Notes: generated from the sequence alone by a model not told the origin. DNA of 63,212 nucleotides, filler included, from Octopus bimaculoides (GCF_001194135.2; 6 parts of 6 records of this genome joined end to end with filler, not necessarily neighbours in it); one strand, 5' to 3'. Counted from the whole stretch's first letter, positions 40,011-50,884 are shown. A program made the numbers and translations.

Positions 40011-42450
40011 ATATATGAATATATATATATGTGTGTGTGTGTGTGCATATATATACACACACACGATATATATATATATACTATTCACATACATTTCTAT
40101 TATTAGCTGATGCGAAATCCATTAATTGTGAAGAATGTATTAAATTTTGGAATCAGATCATTAATTAAATATTATTAAATTCATGCCTGGAGTATTGAAA
40201 TAAATAAATAAATGAAGAATTTCGTTAATTTTATTGAAGATACCAACGAACGGATATTAATCGATCTGTTACTATATAAATATTGATCTAATTTGTCTTG
40301 TCTAAGACAGCCGTCTAACGGATCGAATTAATATCGCTGTACTTTTTGTCGTATGGCTCCGGTTAGTGCCAACCGTGACCATTACATCTTTTTTCCAGAC
40401 AAAATGTATCGAAAATCCGATGAACTAATTGCTGTTTCGTTTCATATAGGCTTTTATTAAGCAGAGTAGTGATGAAAAATGTTCCAACAGGGACCATTCC
40501 ATCTGCATATTTCATAAATACTGTATTTAAAATTATTTTTTTAATGTGTCCTTCCCTGTTTGGCAATGACAGTTCTATCCAATTTCGAAGAACTAGCAGG
40601 TGGAGCCACTGTATACAGAAGCTTTGATTGGCTTGCACATCCTCTGCTATTTAATGCCGGCGAGTTGCAAAAAATTTCCAAGTTTCAATTTACGTTTTGA
40701 GATTAAATACTACCAAAATAATTCCTCTTCTTTTATGATTCCGGGTTCTACGAAGTAATCTATCAATAAAGATATTGGTGGTTGATTTAAGTAGACTGTC
40801 CTTCTCCAAAACTTCCGGATTTCCTTAATCGACCGCTTTTTTTTAGCTATCTACTATTTTGTTTAATGGTGAGATGCCATATGAAAGGTAGTAAAAGTAG
40901 TTCTTTGAGGATTAATATTGATTTCCAACACAGGCAGAAGATATGATTTTACCAAGCGAAAGTTATGGCCGATTAGAATCGAACTGCAATGCTTGACTGG
41001 TACTTATTTTCTCGACCCCAGGGAGATGAAAGATAAAACCGATGGCGGCAGTGTTTGAACTGAGGGCGTCTATAAATGGTTGTATCTTTATGCAACAAGA
41101 TATTTTAGCTATTGCTCTACTAATTCTGTCACTCCATGGCATTTTATCACCTCGCCATTTTACTTCTGTTGAAAAATGTAAGTGAAGTTCATCGTAAAAA
41201 CATCTACAATTTAAATACACAGCTCGAATTTACAGTTACATGCATATTCTCGCTTCAGCAGGTTGTTCCTATCAAAAGATATTTTATTAAAATTAGTGTT
41301 AAGTATTAAGCGATAGAAAAGTACGATTGGTGATCTGGGTGGTCAAAACATATGTTGCAGAGTTTGTGACACGGGATGAATTCGTATGCATGTCACCAGG
41401 AAAAGTTAGATCTAATGTTTCGGAACTGCTGCATCATCTGAGAGAAAAAAATCCTTTTTTCTTCTCAATCAGGCGCACAAGCAACCCGAAACGTCAGATA
41501 CATATTTTCTTGATGTCATACTTACATATCCAATTCGATTTCTCTCACAATAGTGAATATATATTGAAAGAGATACAAGTAAATCACAAAGGATTTCAAT
41601 CATCACCCGGTATAAGAACGCTATTTGACATTTGAACACCTTTAGCAGAGTCCATTCTGTAGTAAGCTTATGAGTCGGCCCCATGGTTTGAGGAATTGTT
41701 TCCATTCTGTCACCAGTTTTGGAGGCCCTGTAAAGCACCAGAGACACTCAGTGCCAATATTTATTAAGAGAAATTTTAAATCGTAAAATTCTAAAATAAC
41801 ATGTTACGAGGAAATAAGGGTATTTCTCCCTTGTTACTTAACCTTATACAAACAGCATTCAAATCTCCCTCAAATTAAACTTTGTCACCTTGATAAGAAA
41901 AAAAAAAGGAAGATGAGGACACATTAGATAATATAGTCTGCAAATATCCACAAAATCCGAGATAGCCACAGCTAGAATACTTTTGATTGATTGTAGATCT
42001 CTTCGGCAAGGGTAGCTCAACAAAAACATCAACCAGCGAATGTATTTACGGTGGTTAGCTAAAGCATTTACGGTGGTCAGAAGAACTGAGAGTTTTGGAA
42101 TAAAATCTGTTTCTCAAAGACACAATGAAGTGCTTGCAGTGAGTTTTAAAATGAAAACTTTTTGGGTTGCTATTAGTGTAATACAAAGTCTCGGTTCAGC
42201 ATATTGCTTTTATCAAAATATTAAGAGGAGGGGGATCAAAGCTGATGTAATGCATTAAGAGAATTTTTTAAAAAAATAATGTTGGTTTCTAACTGGGGCA
42301 CAATGCCACACATTTAGAGGAAGGAGGAGGTGTGTGTGTGTGTGTGTGTGNNNNNNNNNNNNNNNNNNNNNNNNNNNNNNNNNNNNNNNNNNNNTTAATT
42401 AATTAANNNNNNNNNNNNNNNNNNNNNNNNNNNNNNNNNNNNNNNNNNNN

Positions 42451-42573
42451 TTCAATGAAGCGCGGCACCTCTACACGAGGGTCGGCACGTACCGAGGTCA
42501 GTTGGTTGCCATCCGACATGTCAACAAGAAGCAAGTAGAACTCACCCGAGCCGTGAGGAAGGAGTTGAAGATC
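42451..42573 (+). CDS. Receptor guanylyl cyclase, kinase-homology domain exon 1 (5' end hidden in gap)
   Basis: FNEARHLYTRVGTYRGQLVAIRHVNKKQVELTRAVRKELKI, donor ATC|gtgagt (phase 0). Matches the membrane-GC G.Y.G..VAIK.V.K...ELK pattern. Not in the ORF track. Confidence 0.9.
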
Positions 42574-42639
42574 GTGAGTGGGGGTTTTTTTTTGTGTTTG
42601 TTATTGCTATATTAATTAAAATGTATATTTCATCTTTTA

Positions 42640-43220
42640 CCTGTTTCAGTCATTAGACTGTGGCCATGCTGGGGCACTGCTAGAAAGAACTTTTAGTTGA
42701 ACAAATCAGCCCCGGTATTTATAATTTTGTAAAACTCGGTAGTTATTCTATTGGTGTCTTTTGCTGAACTGCTAAGTTAGAGAGATTTAAACAAACCAAC
42801 ACCAGTTGTGAAGTGGGGTGAGTGGGAAAAATACATGCACAAAGGCACACACACACACACACACACTCACATAAAAAGCAGTTAGTCCACTCTGTAACGT
42901 GGTTGGTGTTAGGAAGGGCATTCTGCTGTGAAAGCCATGCCAAAAACAGACACAAAACAGGAACCTGGTGCAGTCTTCCATCTGGCCAGCTCCTGTCAAA
43001 CCGTCCAACCCATGCCAGCATGGAAAGCAGACGTTAAATGATGATGATGATGATGATATATATGATGAGCTTCTTTTAGTTTCTGTCAACCAAATCCACT
43101 CACAAGAATTTTATCAGTCTGGACCTATAAATAGAAGACACTTGTCCAAAGTGCCACACAGGGGACTGAACCCGGAACCATGTGGTTGAAAAGCAAACTT
43201 CTTACCACACAGCTATACCT
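42640..43220. mobile_element. SINE family A (minus) interrupted by a plus-strand RTE-type tail (~42890-43055)
   Basis: Family A body at 42640-42860 and head at 43060-43220. Inner 'ggttggtgttaggaagggcattc...acccatgccagcatggaaagcagacgttaaatgatgatg'. Confidence 0.65.
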
Positions 43221-44046
43221 GTACATAATTGTATGTTTATTAACTGTGTTCATTATTTGCTTTATGGGAGACCAGCATTTCAAAGAATAGGGCCCACATT
43301 TCCTCTGTGTGTCGTAAAAGGCGACTAAAAGAGGTTTAAGTATATGAACTCTGATGAAGTAGTTGTATGCTGTCAACTTAATGTGACAGTCCCCTGAAGG
43401 GAATAATACTACTGTTGGTTAGACCTAGGAAGCTGTACTGCTTCCTGTCGGCCTTGACACATTTCCTGTGTCCTTATGTTTACAAGGGGGAGACAAGCAC
43501 CTCCACCCAGCTAAGCCTGCATCCAGAGACAGGTTTCTGAGTCTTTGCTCATCATGAAGTAGTTGTATGCTGTCAAGGCCGTATCACTACTGCATAAATC
43601 TCTCTGAGAGATTTAGAAATGTATTATTTCTAAAAATGAACTGATGTTGTAGAACCCTCACCAGTAAATTCTACCAAAACAGACCCACGGGCTGGTGGTG
43701 GGTTACCACCTGAATGGCACAAAGGTATCATCCATGAAGAGCTGGGAATCACTAACAAACAGTAAATACAGCGCATACCTCCATGCCACAAGCACCAGTG
43801 GCTAGAGATGTTTAGCCCTAGGTCAGTCTCTATCTAGTAGAACTATGTTCAAAGACGTTCCAACTGTGACTGTCCCATCTGACTGTGTGGGGACCAGTAT
43901 GACAAAGAAGAGACCTAACATTTCGTCTGTGTATCATAAAAGGGGACTAAAAGAGGTCGAGGTAGGATATGCATTCCGACCCCATAAAACCCTTAGCAAT
44001 TTGTGTCCATAATTTATTCTCTAACAGCATTCGTCTCTTTCCACAG

Positions 44047-44151
44047 ATTCGGGAGCTGAGACATCCGAACATCAACCCTTTTATAGGGGCCTGTGTTGAT
44101 GGACCCTATGTTCTGATAATCAGTGAATACTGCTCCAAGGGTAGCCTTCAG
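44047..44151 (+). CDS. Receptor guanylyl cyclase, KHD exon 2
   Basis: tttccacag|ATT ... CAG|gtattg, 105 nt, phase 0/0: IRELRHPNINPFIGACVDGPYVLIISEYCSKGSLQ (NPR-type H.N...F.GAC...EYC.KGSLQ). Confidence 0.95.
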
Positions 44152-44334
44152 GTATTGTCATTTACAAGGATTTATTGCAAATATTTTGATTTTTTTAATG
44201 TATTTTTTCTTGTTTTTTTTTTTGTTATTGTTTTCAGGCCACTGGACTGTGGCCATGCTGGGGTACCACCCTGAAGGGTTTTATTTGAATAAATTGATCC
44301 TAGTACTTTTGGTTTATTTTTCTTTTAAGCATAC

Positions 44335-44755
44335 TATTTTACTTGTTTCAGTCTTTTGACTGCAGCCATGCTGGAGCACCGCCTTTAGTCGAGCAAATCA
44401 ACCTCAGGACTTATTTTTGTAAGCCTAGTACTTATTCTATCGGTCTCTTTTGCCGAACCGCTAAGTTACAGGGATATAAACACACCACCATCAGTTGTCA
44501 AGGAATGTTGGGGGGACAAACACAGACACACAAACATATACACACACAAACATATACACACACATACATATATATATATATACATATATACGACGGGCTT
44601 CTTTCAGTTTCCGTCTACCAAATCCACTCACAAAGCTTTGGTCGGCCCGTGGCTATAGTAGAAGACACTTGCCCTAGGTGCCACGCAGTGGGGCTGAACC
44701 CGGAACCATGTGGTTGGTAAGCAAGCTACTTACCACACAGCCATGCCTGCGCCTA
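44335..44755 (-). mobile_element. Full-length tRNA-derived SINE, family A
   Basis: The reverse complement starts with the head 'ggcgcaggcatggctgtgtggtaagtagcttgcttaccaaccacatggttccgggttcagccccactgcg', followed by a central (TA/TG)n and the tail 'gactgaaacaagtaaaa'. Confidence 0.85.
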
Positions 44756-44827
44756 TACATGTTCATTTGATCTCTTTTCCCAAACTGTTTAGTTAGAGGG
44801 ACATAAACAGTTGTCAAATGGCGGTGG

Positions 44828-45127
44828 AGCAGAAGAAAACAACATAGCATGGTATGTCAAAAATGCCACAGAACCCCTATTATAAGAAATAAGAAGGTCA
44901 GGCATGTGTAGGATGAAAGATTGCAAAGATAAAGCAGTATACAAGCAATTGAAAACGAATGAAACTGAAAATAGGTGGGTAAAGAAAAGAATACATGGTC
45001 AGTTTCATAGGGATGTTGTAGATAAGACAGACAGAAAAAGATGGCTGTGGATGACTAAAAGTGATTTGAAACCGGAAACAGAGGCTCTAATCTGTGCTGC
45101 TCAAGAGCAAGCACTAAGAACTAACTA
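44828..45127 (+). mobile_element. R4/Dong-like LINE fragment
   Basis: Colinear with 7939-8233 (RIHGQFHRDV...WLWMTKSDLKPETEALICAAQEQALRTNY). Confidence 0.8.
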
Positions 45128-45195
45128 CTTTAGTTCACTGGTAGTGAACAGCTAACACTGTAGTATATCTCCAGCGTTAGGAGCTGTGCAAAGGC

Positions 45196-45233
<38 letters not shown>

Positions 45234-45253
45234 TGGTGTTGTTGCTGTTGCAG

Positions 45254-45325
45254 GATATTCTAGAAAATGAAGAGCTGCAACTGGACAGAATGTTTACCGA
45301 TTCCTTGGTCCATGATATCATCTTG
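45254..45325 (+). CDS. Receptor guanylyl cyclase, KHD exon 3
   Basis: gttgcag|GAT ... TTG|gtaagt, 72 nt, phase 0/0: DILENEELQLDRMFTDSLVHDIIL (compare NPR DILEN..I.LD.MF..SL..DI). Not in the ORF track. Confidence 0.9.
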
Positions 45326-45396
45326 GTAAGTTAACGGGCTGGATGCTAAGTTTGTTGCTCTGTGTTTGTCACTCCAATAATATTTTGTATGTATGT

Positions 45397-45436
<40 letters not shown>

Positions 45437-45811
45437 AAGTATGTGTGTGTCCCTGTATATGTATGTGTATGTGTGAGTAGGTGTGTTTATGTGTCTGTAT
45501 GTGTATGATATCTTGTATGTGTGTGTACATGATTGTGTATGTGTGTATGTACGGTCCAAAATTGTTTTTAAAAAAAGCAAAAAATAAAAGACAAAAACAT
45601 GGTCAGAGAACAATAAATAAACAAGGTATGTTAGTTTGAGGCTCAGGAAAAAATATAAGAAGTCTTTGATATTTCGAGTCAAAGCTCTTCTACAGGAAAG
45701 AATTAGTTAAGAAAACACTTGGTGTGCCTGTGTGCATGAATCCTGTATGGTTTCCGTGTGTGTGTATGTGCTCATGTATGTGTATATGTAAATATATGAG
45801 TGTACAAACAA

Positions 45812-46080
45812 TGAAGGCGCATGGCTCAGTGGTTAGAGCATCGAGCTTACGATTGTGAGGTTGTGAGTTCGAATCCCGGACCAGGCCGCATGTTGTGTTC
45901 TTGAGCAAGACACTTTATTTCCCGTTGCTCCAGTTCGCTCATCTGTAGAAATGAGTTGTGATGACACAGGTGCTAAGCTGTATCGGCCCCTTTGCCTTTT
46001 CCTTGGATAACATTGGTGGCATAGAGACGGGAGGCTGGTAAGCATGGGCGACTGCTGGTCTTCCATAAACAACCTTGCCT
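45812..46080 (+). mobile_element. SINE family C (left arm of foldback)
   Basis: Head 'tgaaggcgcatggctcagtggttagagc...gagttcgaatcccgg' with A- and B-box-like motifs. Confidence 0.85.
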
Positions 46081-46095
46081 GAAAGGCAAAGAGAT

Positions 46096-46285
46096 GGAAA
46101 GGCAAAGGGGCCGATACAGCTTGGCACCTGTGACGTCGCAACTCATTTCTCCAGCTGAGTGAACTGGAGCAACGTGAAATAAAGTGTCTTGCTCAAGAAC
46201 ACAACACGCAGCTCGGTCCGAGATTCAAACTTACAACCTCATGATCATAAGCTCAATGCTCTAACAACTGAGCCATGCACCTTCA
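46096..46285 (-). mobile_element. SINE family C, inverted (right arm of foldback)
   Basis: The reverse complement aligns with 45812-46002 along its whole length. Confidence 0.85.
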
Positions 46286-46487
46286 CCATCTGTATATATA
46301 TATTTGAAAAAAGAAAAAGAATGGCTGCACTGGTAGTTCTAATCAGTTTAATTTATTATTCTTTAATTTTTTAAGCGTATAAATTTTAGTTCATAGATCT
46401 AGTAAAGTTCTTTGTTAACTTGGGTGTGGAGAATTTAAAAAAAGAAAATTTTTTTTCTTGTTAACTTTCTCACATTCGTTGTCAAAC

Positions 46488-46519
<32 letters not shown>

Positions 46520-46552
46520 CTGTGTGTCTCTCCATATCATATTATTTTTTAG

Positions 46553-46715
46553 GGTATGAGTTACCTCCATGACAGTGAGGTGAAGTCCCATGGTAAACTG
46601 AAGTCCTCCAACTGCGTAGTGGACAGTCGATGGGTGCTTAAGGTCACCGACTTCGGCCTGCATCAGTTTATGGCTGATGCTAAGGACGACATTGGGGAGT
46701 TTGCCTACCACAGAA
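46553..46715 (+). CDS. Receptor guanylyl cyclase, KHD exon 4
   Basis: ttttttag|GGT ... AGA A|gtaagt, 163 nt, phase 0/1: [54 protein letters not shown]. Confidence 0.95.
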
Positions 46716-46934
46716 GTAAGTACTGCTCATCCACCACCCTCTTCTTCCTGCTTTCTGCCTGTGGGTGAGTGAATGTTTGCTAATCAGCTGGATAGTATCT
46801 GTTTAGACATTGGCCCAGGGTGGGTGTATGTGTATTATGTGTGGTGAACTGTGTTGTCTTTAATACGTTAGTAGTGTTCTAATGTGGAGTGGGTTCAAAC
46901 CCCAAAAACAGGTTAAAAATAATGGTCATTACAA

Positions 46935-47220
46935 ATAATTCCGTTATTGGAGCAAATTTGGCTTACAGCTGTTTCCAGTGGTCATTATAGGTACATTATT
47001 GATAGGTTTACTCAAGTGGTCTATTGATCAGTTGAGGAAAATTGAACAACCTAAGAAAATGCTACTTTCATTGGAGCCATTTCTGGAAAAATATAGATTT
47101 GTGATGAACCATAACCTGGGGCCATACCAAAAGATTACTTGGAGTTCTTCACTAATCTAAGTAATATTGTTAGCCTGGTGTGCCAACAGAGAGCTTATGA
47201 AGTATTTTGCCTGGAGTGAT
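46935..47220 (-). repeat. Unclassified dispersed repeat, copy 3
   Basis: 'cagctgtttccagtggtcattataggtacatt...gatcagttgag...tgctactttc...gagccatttctgg' matches 30850-30985. 'ttgttagcctgg...ttatgaagtattttgcc' is the reverse complement of 30620-30663. Confidence 0.6.
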
Positions 47221-47227
47221 ATATATT

Positions 47228-47258
<31 letters not shown>

Positions 47259-49360
47259 ATATGTACGTATATATATATATATATATATNNNNNNNNNNNN
47301 NNNNNNNNNNNNNNNNNNNNNNNNNNNNNNNNNNNNNNNNNNNNNNNNNNNNNNNNNNNNNNNNNNNNNNNNNNNNNNNNNNNNNNNNNNNNNNNNNNNN
47401 NNNNNNNNNNNNNNNNNNNNNNNNNNNNNNNNNNNNNNNNNNNNNNNNNNNNNNNNNNNNNNNNNNNNNNNNNNNNNNNNNNNNNNNNNNNNNNNNNNNN
47501 NNNNNNNNNNNNNNNNNNNNNNNNNNNNNNNNNNNNNNNNAAAATGGGACAAGAACGCAAAACATCCAGACAGCTGGATGATACAAAAAAGGAGACAACA
47601 AAACATCGAGACAGATGATACAAAAAAGGGACAAGAAAAAACACAAACGGGTCATTCGAATTTTCCTTTCCTCAGTCGAGTTCCAGATTATCTTTGCAAT
47701 TTTGGCTGGTTATACTCAAGATTGCTCCAATCTGGCCAGCCCCGAGGAAAACTAAGCTAAGAGCATTAGATTCCTTGGAAGAAAGTAGCGAATGTATACG
47801 AAAACAAAGACGGAAAAAACAGAAAAATGTTACACGAATACAAATGCAAATAGCAGGGCATAACAACAGGTGTCTATATATGTGTGTGTGTATGTGTGTG
47901 TGTGTATAATGAGAGTGAGAATGATTGACCAAATGATCAATAAAGAAATTGATTAGTAAATTGGTTACATGCTTAACCAACTGATGAATAATGAAGCAGT
48001 GAAATACAACCAGCATGTGTGTTTGCATAATGACCCCACCAAGACAACAATATACATATATAGATACATTACCGCCCCTCTTTCTATTTATGCGCATAAA
48101 TTATTTGAGCAATTAATTATTAATTTATGCTAATGTATATTATGAAGCTAACTTACGTTTGCTCTCTTCTATTTCTCTTCCTCTTTGTGATCCTCTCANN
48201 NNNNNNNNNNNNNNNNNNNNNNNNNNNNNNNNNNNNNNNNNNNNNNNNNNNNNNNNNNNNNNNNNNNNNNNNNNNNNNNNNNNNNNNNNNNNNNNNNNNN
48301 NNNNNNNNNNNNNNNNNNNNNNNNNNNNNNNNNNNNNNNNNNNNNNNNNNNNNNNNNNNNNNNNNNNNNNNNNNNNNNNNNNNNNNNNNNNNNNNNNNNN
48401 NNNNNNNNNNNNNNNNNNNNNNNNNNNNNNNNNNNNNNNNNNNNNNNNNNNNNNNNNNNNNNNNNNNNNNNNNNNNNNNNNNNNNNNNNNNNNNNNNNNN
48501 NNNNNNNNNNNNNNNNNNNNNNNNNNNNNNNNNNNNNNNNNNNNNNNNNNNNNNNNNNNNNNNNNNNNNNNNNNNNNNNNNNNNNNNNNNNNNNNNNNNN
48601 NNNNNNNNNNNNNNNNNNNNNNNNNNNNNNNNNNNNNNNNNNNNNNNNNNNNNNNNNNNNNNNNNNNNNNNNNNNNNNNNNNNNNNNNNNNNNNNNNNNN
48701 NNNNNNNNNNNNNNNNNNNNNNNNNNNNNNNNNNNNNNNNNNNNNNNNNNNNNNNNNNNNNNNNNNNNNNNNNNNNNNNNNNNNNNNNNNNNNNNNNNNN
48801 NNNNNNNNNNNNNNNNNNNNNNNNNNNNNNNNNNNNNNNNNNNNNNNNNNNNNNNNNNNNNNNNNNNNNNNNNNNNNNNNNNNNNNNNNNNNNNNNNNNN
48901 NNNNNNNNNNNNNNNNNNNNNNNNNNNNNNNNNNNNNNNNNNNNNNNNNNNNNNNNNNNNNNNNNNNNNNNNNNNNNNNNNNNNNNNNNNNNNNNNNNNN
49001 NNNNNNNNNNNNNNNNNNNNNNNNNNNNNNNNNNNNNNNNNNNGTTCAATTTACACTTGTATCTTTTTCTCTCTCTCCTTCAGTCTCTTCTTTTTTCTCT
49101 TCCTCTCCCTCGCTCTCTCTTTTCCTTTCTGTCTTTCTCTCCCTCTTTCTTCTTCCCCACTTTCTTTCTCTCCTTTCCTCTTTGTCTTTCCCTCTTTCCC
49201 TTCTCTCTCATTCTATCTCTCTTCTCTCTTTTCTCTTCTCTCTCTCTCAGTCTATCTCTCTCTCTCAATCTATCTCTCTCTCTCAGTCTATCTCTCTTCT
49301 CTCTCTCTCGATCTTCCTCACACCACATTACATTACATACCTCTTCTATCTCACCTCCAG

Positions 49361-49541
49361 AAATCATCGAACGTGTCCGTCGGCCCCACAACGGCGTACC
49401 ATTCCGGCCGCGGTTGGCTGCCCTCGAAACCATCGAACGCTGCACCACCGACGTCATCAAGGAATGCTGGGACGAGGAACCAAACAAACGACCAGATTTC
49501 AAGGTCTTACGCCACAAACTGAAACCAATGTTGAAGGGCAT
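49361..49541 (+). CDS. Receptor guanylyl cyclase, KHD C-terminal exon
   Basis: tcacctccag|AA ... GGC AT|gtaagt, 181 nt, phase 1/2: (E)IIERVRRPHNGVPFRPRLAALETIERCTTDVIKECWDEEPNKRPDFKVLRHKLKPMLKGM (CW.E.P..RP.F motif). Confidence 0.95.
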
Positions 49542-49589
49542 GTAAGTAATAAGAATTTCAAATTCTTGGCACAAATTCTTGTTCGGAGA

Positions 49590-49762
49590 TAGGGGACAAA
49601 TCAATTACATCGACCCCAGTGTTCGACTGGCCCTCTTTTTATCAACCCTGAAAAGATGAAAGGCAGAGTTGACCTTTGAATTTAAACTCAAAATGTGAAG
49701 AAGTACGAAATGCTGCTAAGTATTTCGCCCAGTGTGCTAAGGATTCTGTCAGCTCACCTCCT
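49590..49762 (-). mobile_element. SINE family B
   Basis: 'caattacatcgaccccagtgttcgactgg...gatgaaaggcagagttgacc...gtgctaaggattctgtcagctcacc'. Confidence 0.75.
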
Positions 49763-49771
49763 TTCTTAATA

Positions 49772-50000
49772 TTGGGCTGACCGGAAAGTTTGTGCTGATT
49801 TTTAAAGGAAAGAAAAAAGGTCAATAAATATTTGCCATTACATTTTTAATTGACCAAATATGAACCATTTTGTTGCACAATGCGTCTCCATCTTTCCTTT
49901 AACTTGAAAATAACCTCTTCCCAGAATTGAGGTGGTTTCATGGCAAACAAGTCGAAAGGTAAGCTACTATAAATTGGCACAAACTTTCCGGACAACCCAA
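49772..50000 (-). mobile_element. mariner-derived MITE (229 bp)
   Basis: TA on both sides. TIRs (ta)ttgggctgaccggaaagtttgtgc and gcacaaactttccggacaacccaa(ta), 2 mismatches. Interior minus strand reads AMKPPQFWEEVIFKLKERWRRIVQQNGSYLVN*, a mariner transposase C-terminus. Confidence 0.85.
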
Positions 50001-50665
50001 TATATATATATATATATATATATCATTCAATAATAGGATAGAGTCTTTATCAGGATTTATCAAGTAGTTAGCGTGAAAACACCTCATAAGGGAAAAAATC
50101 CATCATTTATTCCCTATAAATATATTTATTTATATAAGGGCATTACTATATATGAATGCCTCACGCTAAGAGGGACTCTAAGGTCAAACTTGTTGTTGTG
50201 GCGGTGGTTATAGCGGCTGTGATGGTGGTAGATGTAATGGTTGTTGTTGTGGTGGTGGTGGTGGTGATAGTGGTGGTTGTGGTGGTAGTGGTGGTGAAAG
50301 AAAGAGTAGGTGTGGAAGAAGGAGGGAGGTATGGTGGCTGAAGGTATTGTTATGGGAGAGGAGTGAGTAGGAGTGAATGGTGTGGAGGAAGGAGTTAATG
50401 TCTCATCAGGCAGTGAAGCAGCTTTGTATGCCTTTCAGCCCCTTCACTCTATCGCCAGAGCTGCTCAGGGCCACTCCAATGATGTAGGCAACAAAACTTC
50501 CACACAACAGCATAAGCATTGTTGGGTCAGATGTTGTGACTCCTTGGCCAGATGTTTCTGTCATCTTCAATGCTTGTTCTTGCTGCACCACTTGTCCTCT
50601 CTTTATGCAGTGTGTTATGTAGTGGTGTGTATAACCACTTTATTATAAAACCTTGACCTTTCCAG

Positions 50666-50806
50666 GAAATCCAACATCTTCGACAACATGGTGGCTATGA
50701 TGGAGAAATATGCTAGTAATTTGGAAGCGGTGATCCAAGACAGGACTGGGCAATTAATTGAGGAGAAGAAGAAGACAGAAGAACTGTTATTACAGATGTT
50801 ACCACG
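50666..50806 (+). CDS. Receptor guanylyl cyclase, hinge/dimerisation helix exon
   Basis: cctttccag|G ... CCA CG|gtgaga, 141 nt, phase 2/2: KSNIFDNMVAMMEKYASNLEAVIQDRTGQLIEEKKKTEELLLQMLPR. Not in the ORF track. Confidence 0.95.
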
Positions 50807-50884
50807 GTGAGATTTTGGGCCTTTGTTTAAAATGGGATTAGTGTTAGTGTTAGGGTTAGGAGGAGCTAAGTTAATTATATTCTT

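Noticed and set aside
40330-40680. Possible hAT/Buster transposase relic
   Set aside because: The resemblance is faint and spread across frames; it needs a profile search.
41327-41760. ORFs just upstream of the first cyclase exon as candidate TM or juxtamembrane exons
   Set aside because: No hydrophobic TM segment, no ligand-binding-domain motif and no convincing splice-site pair.
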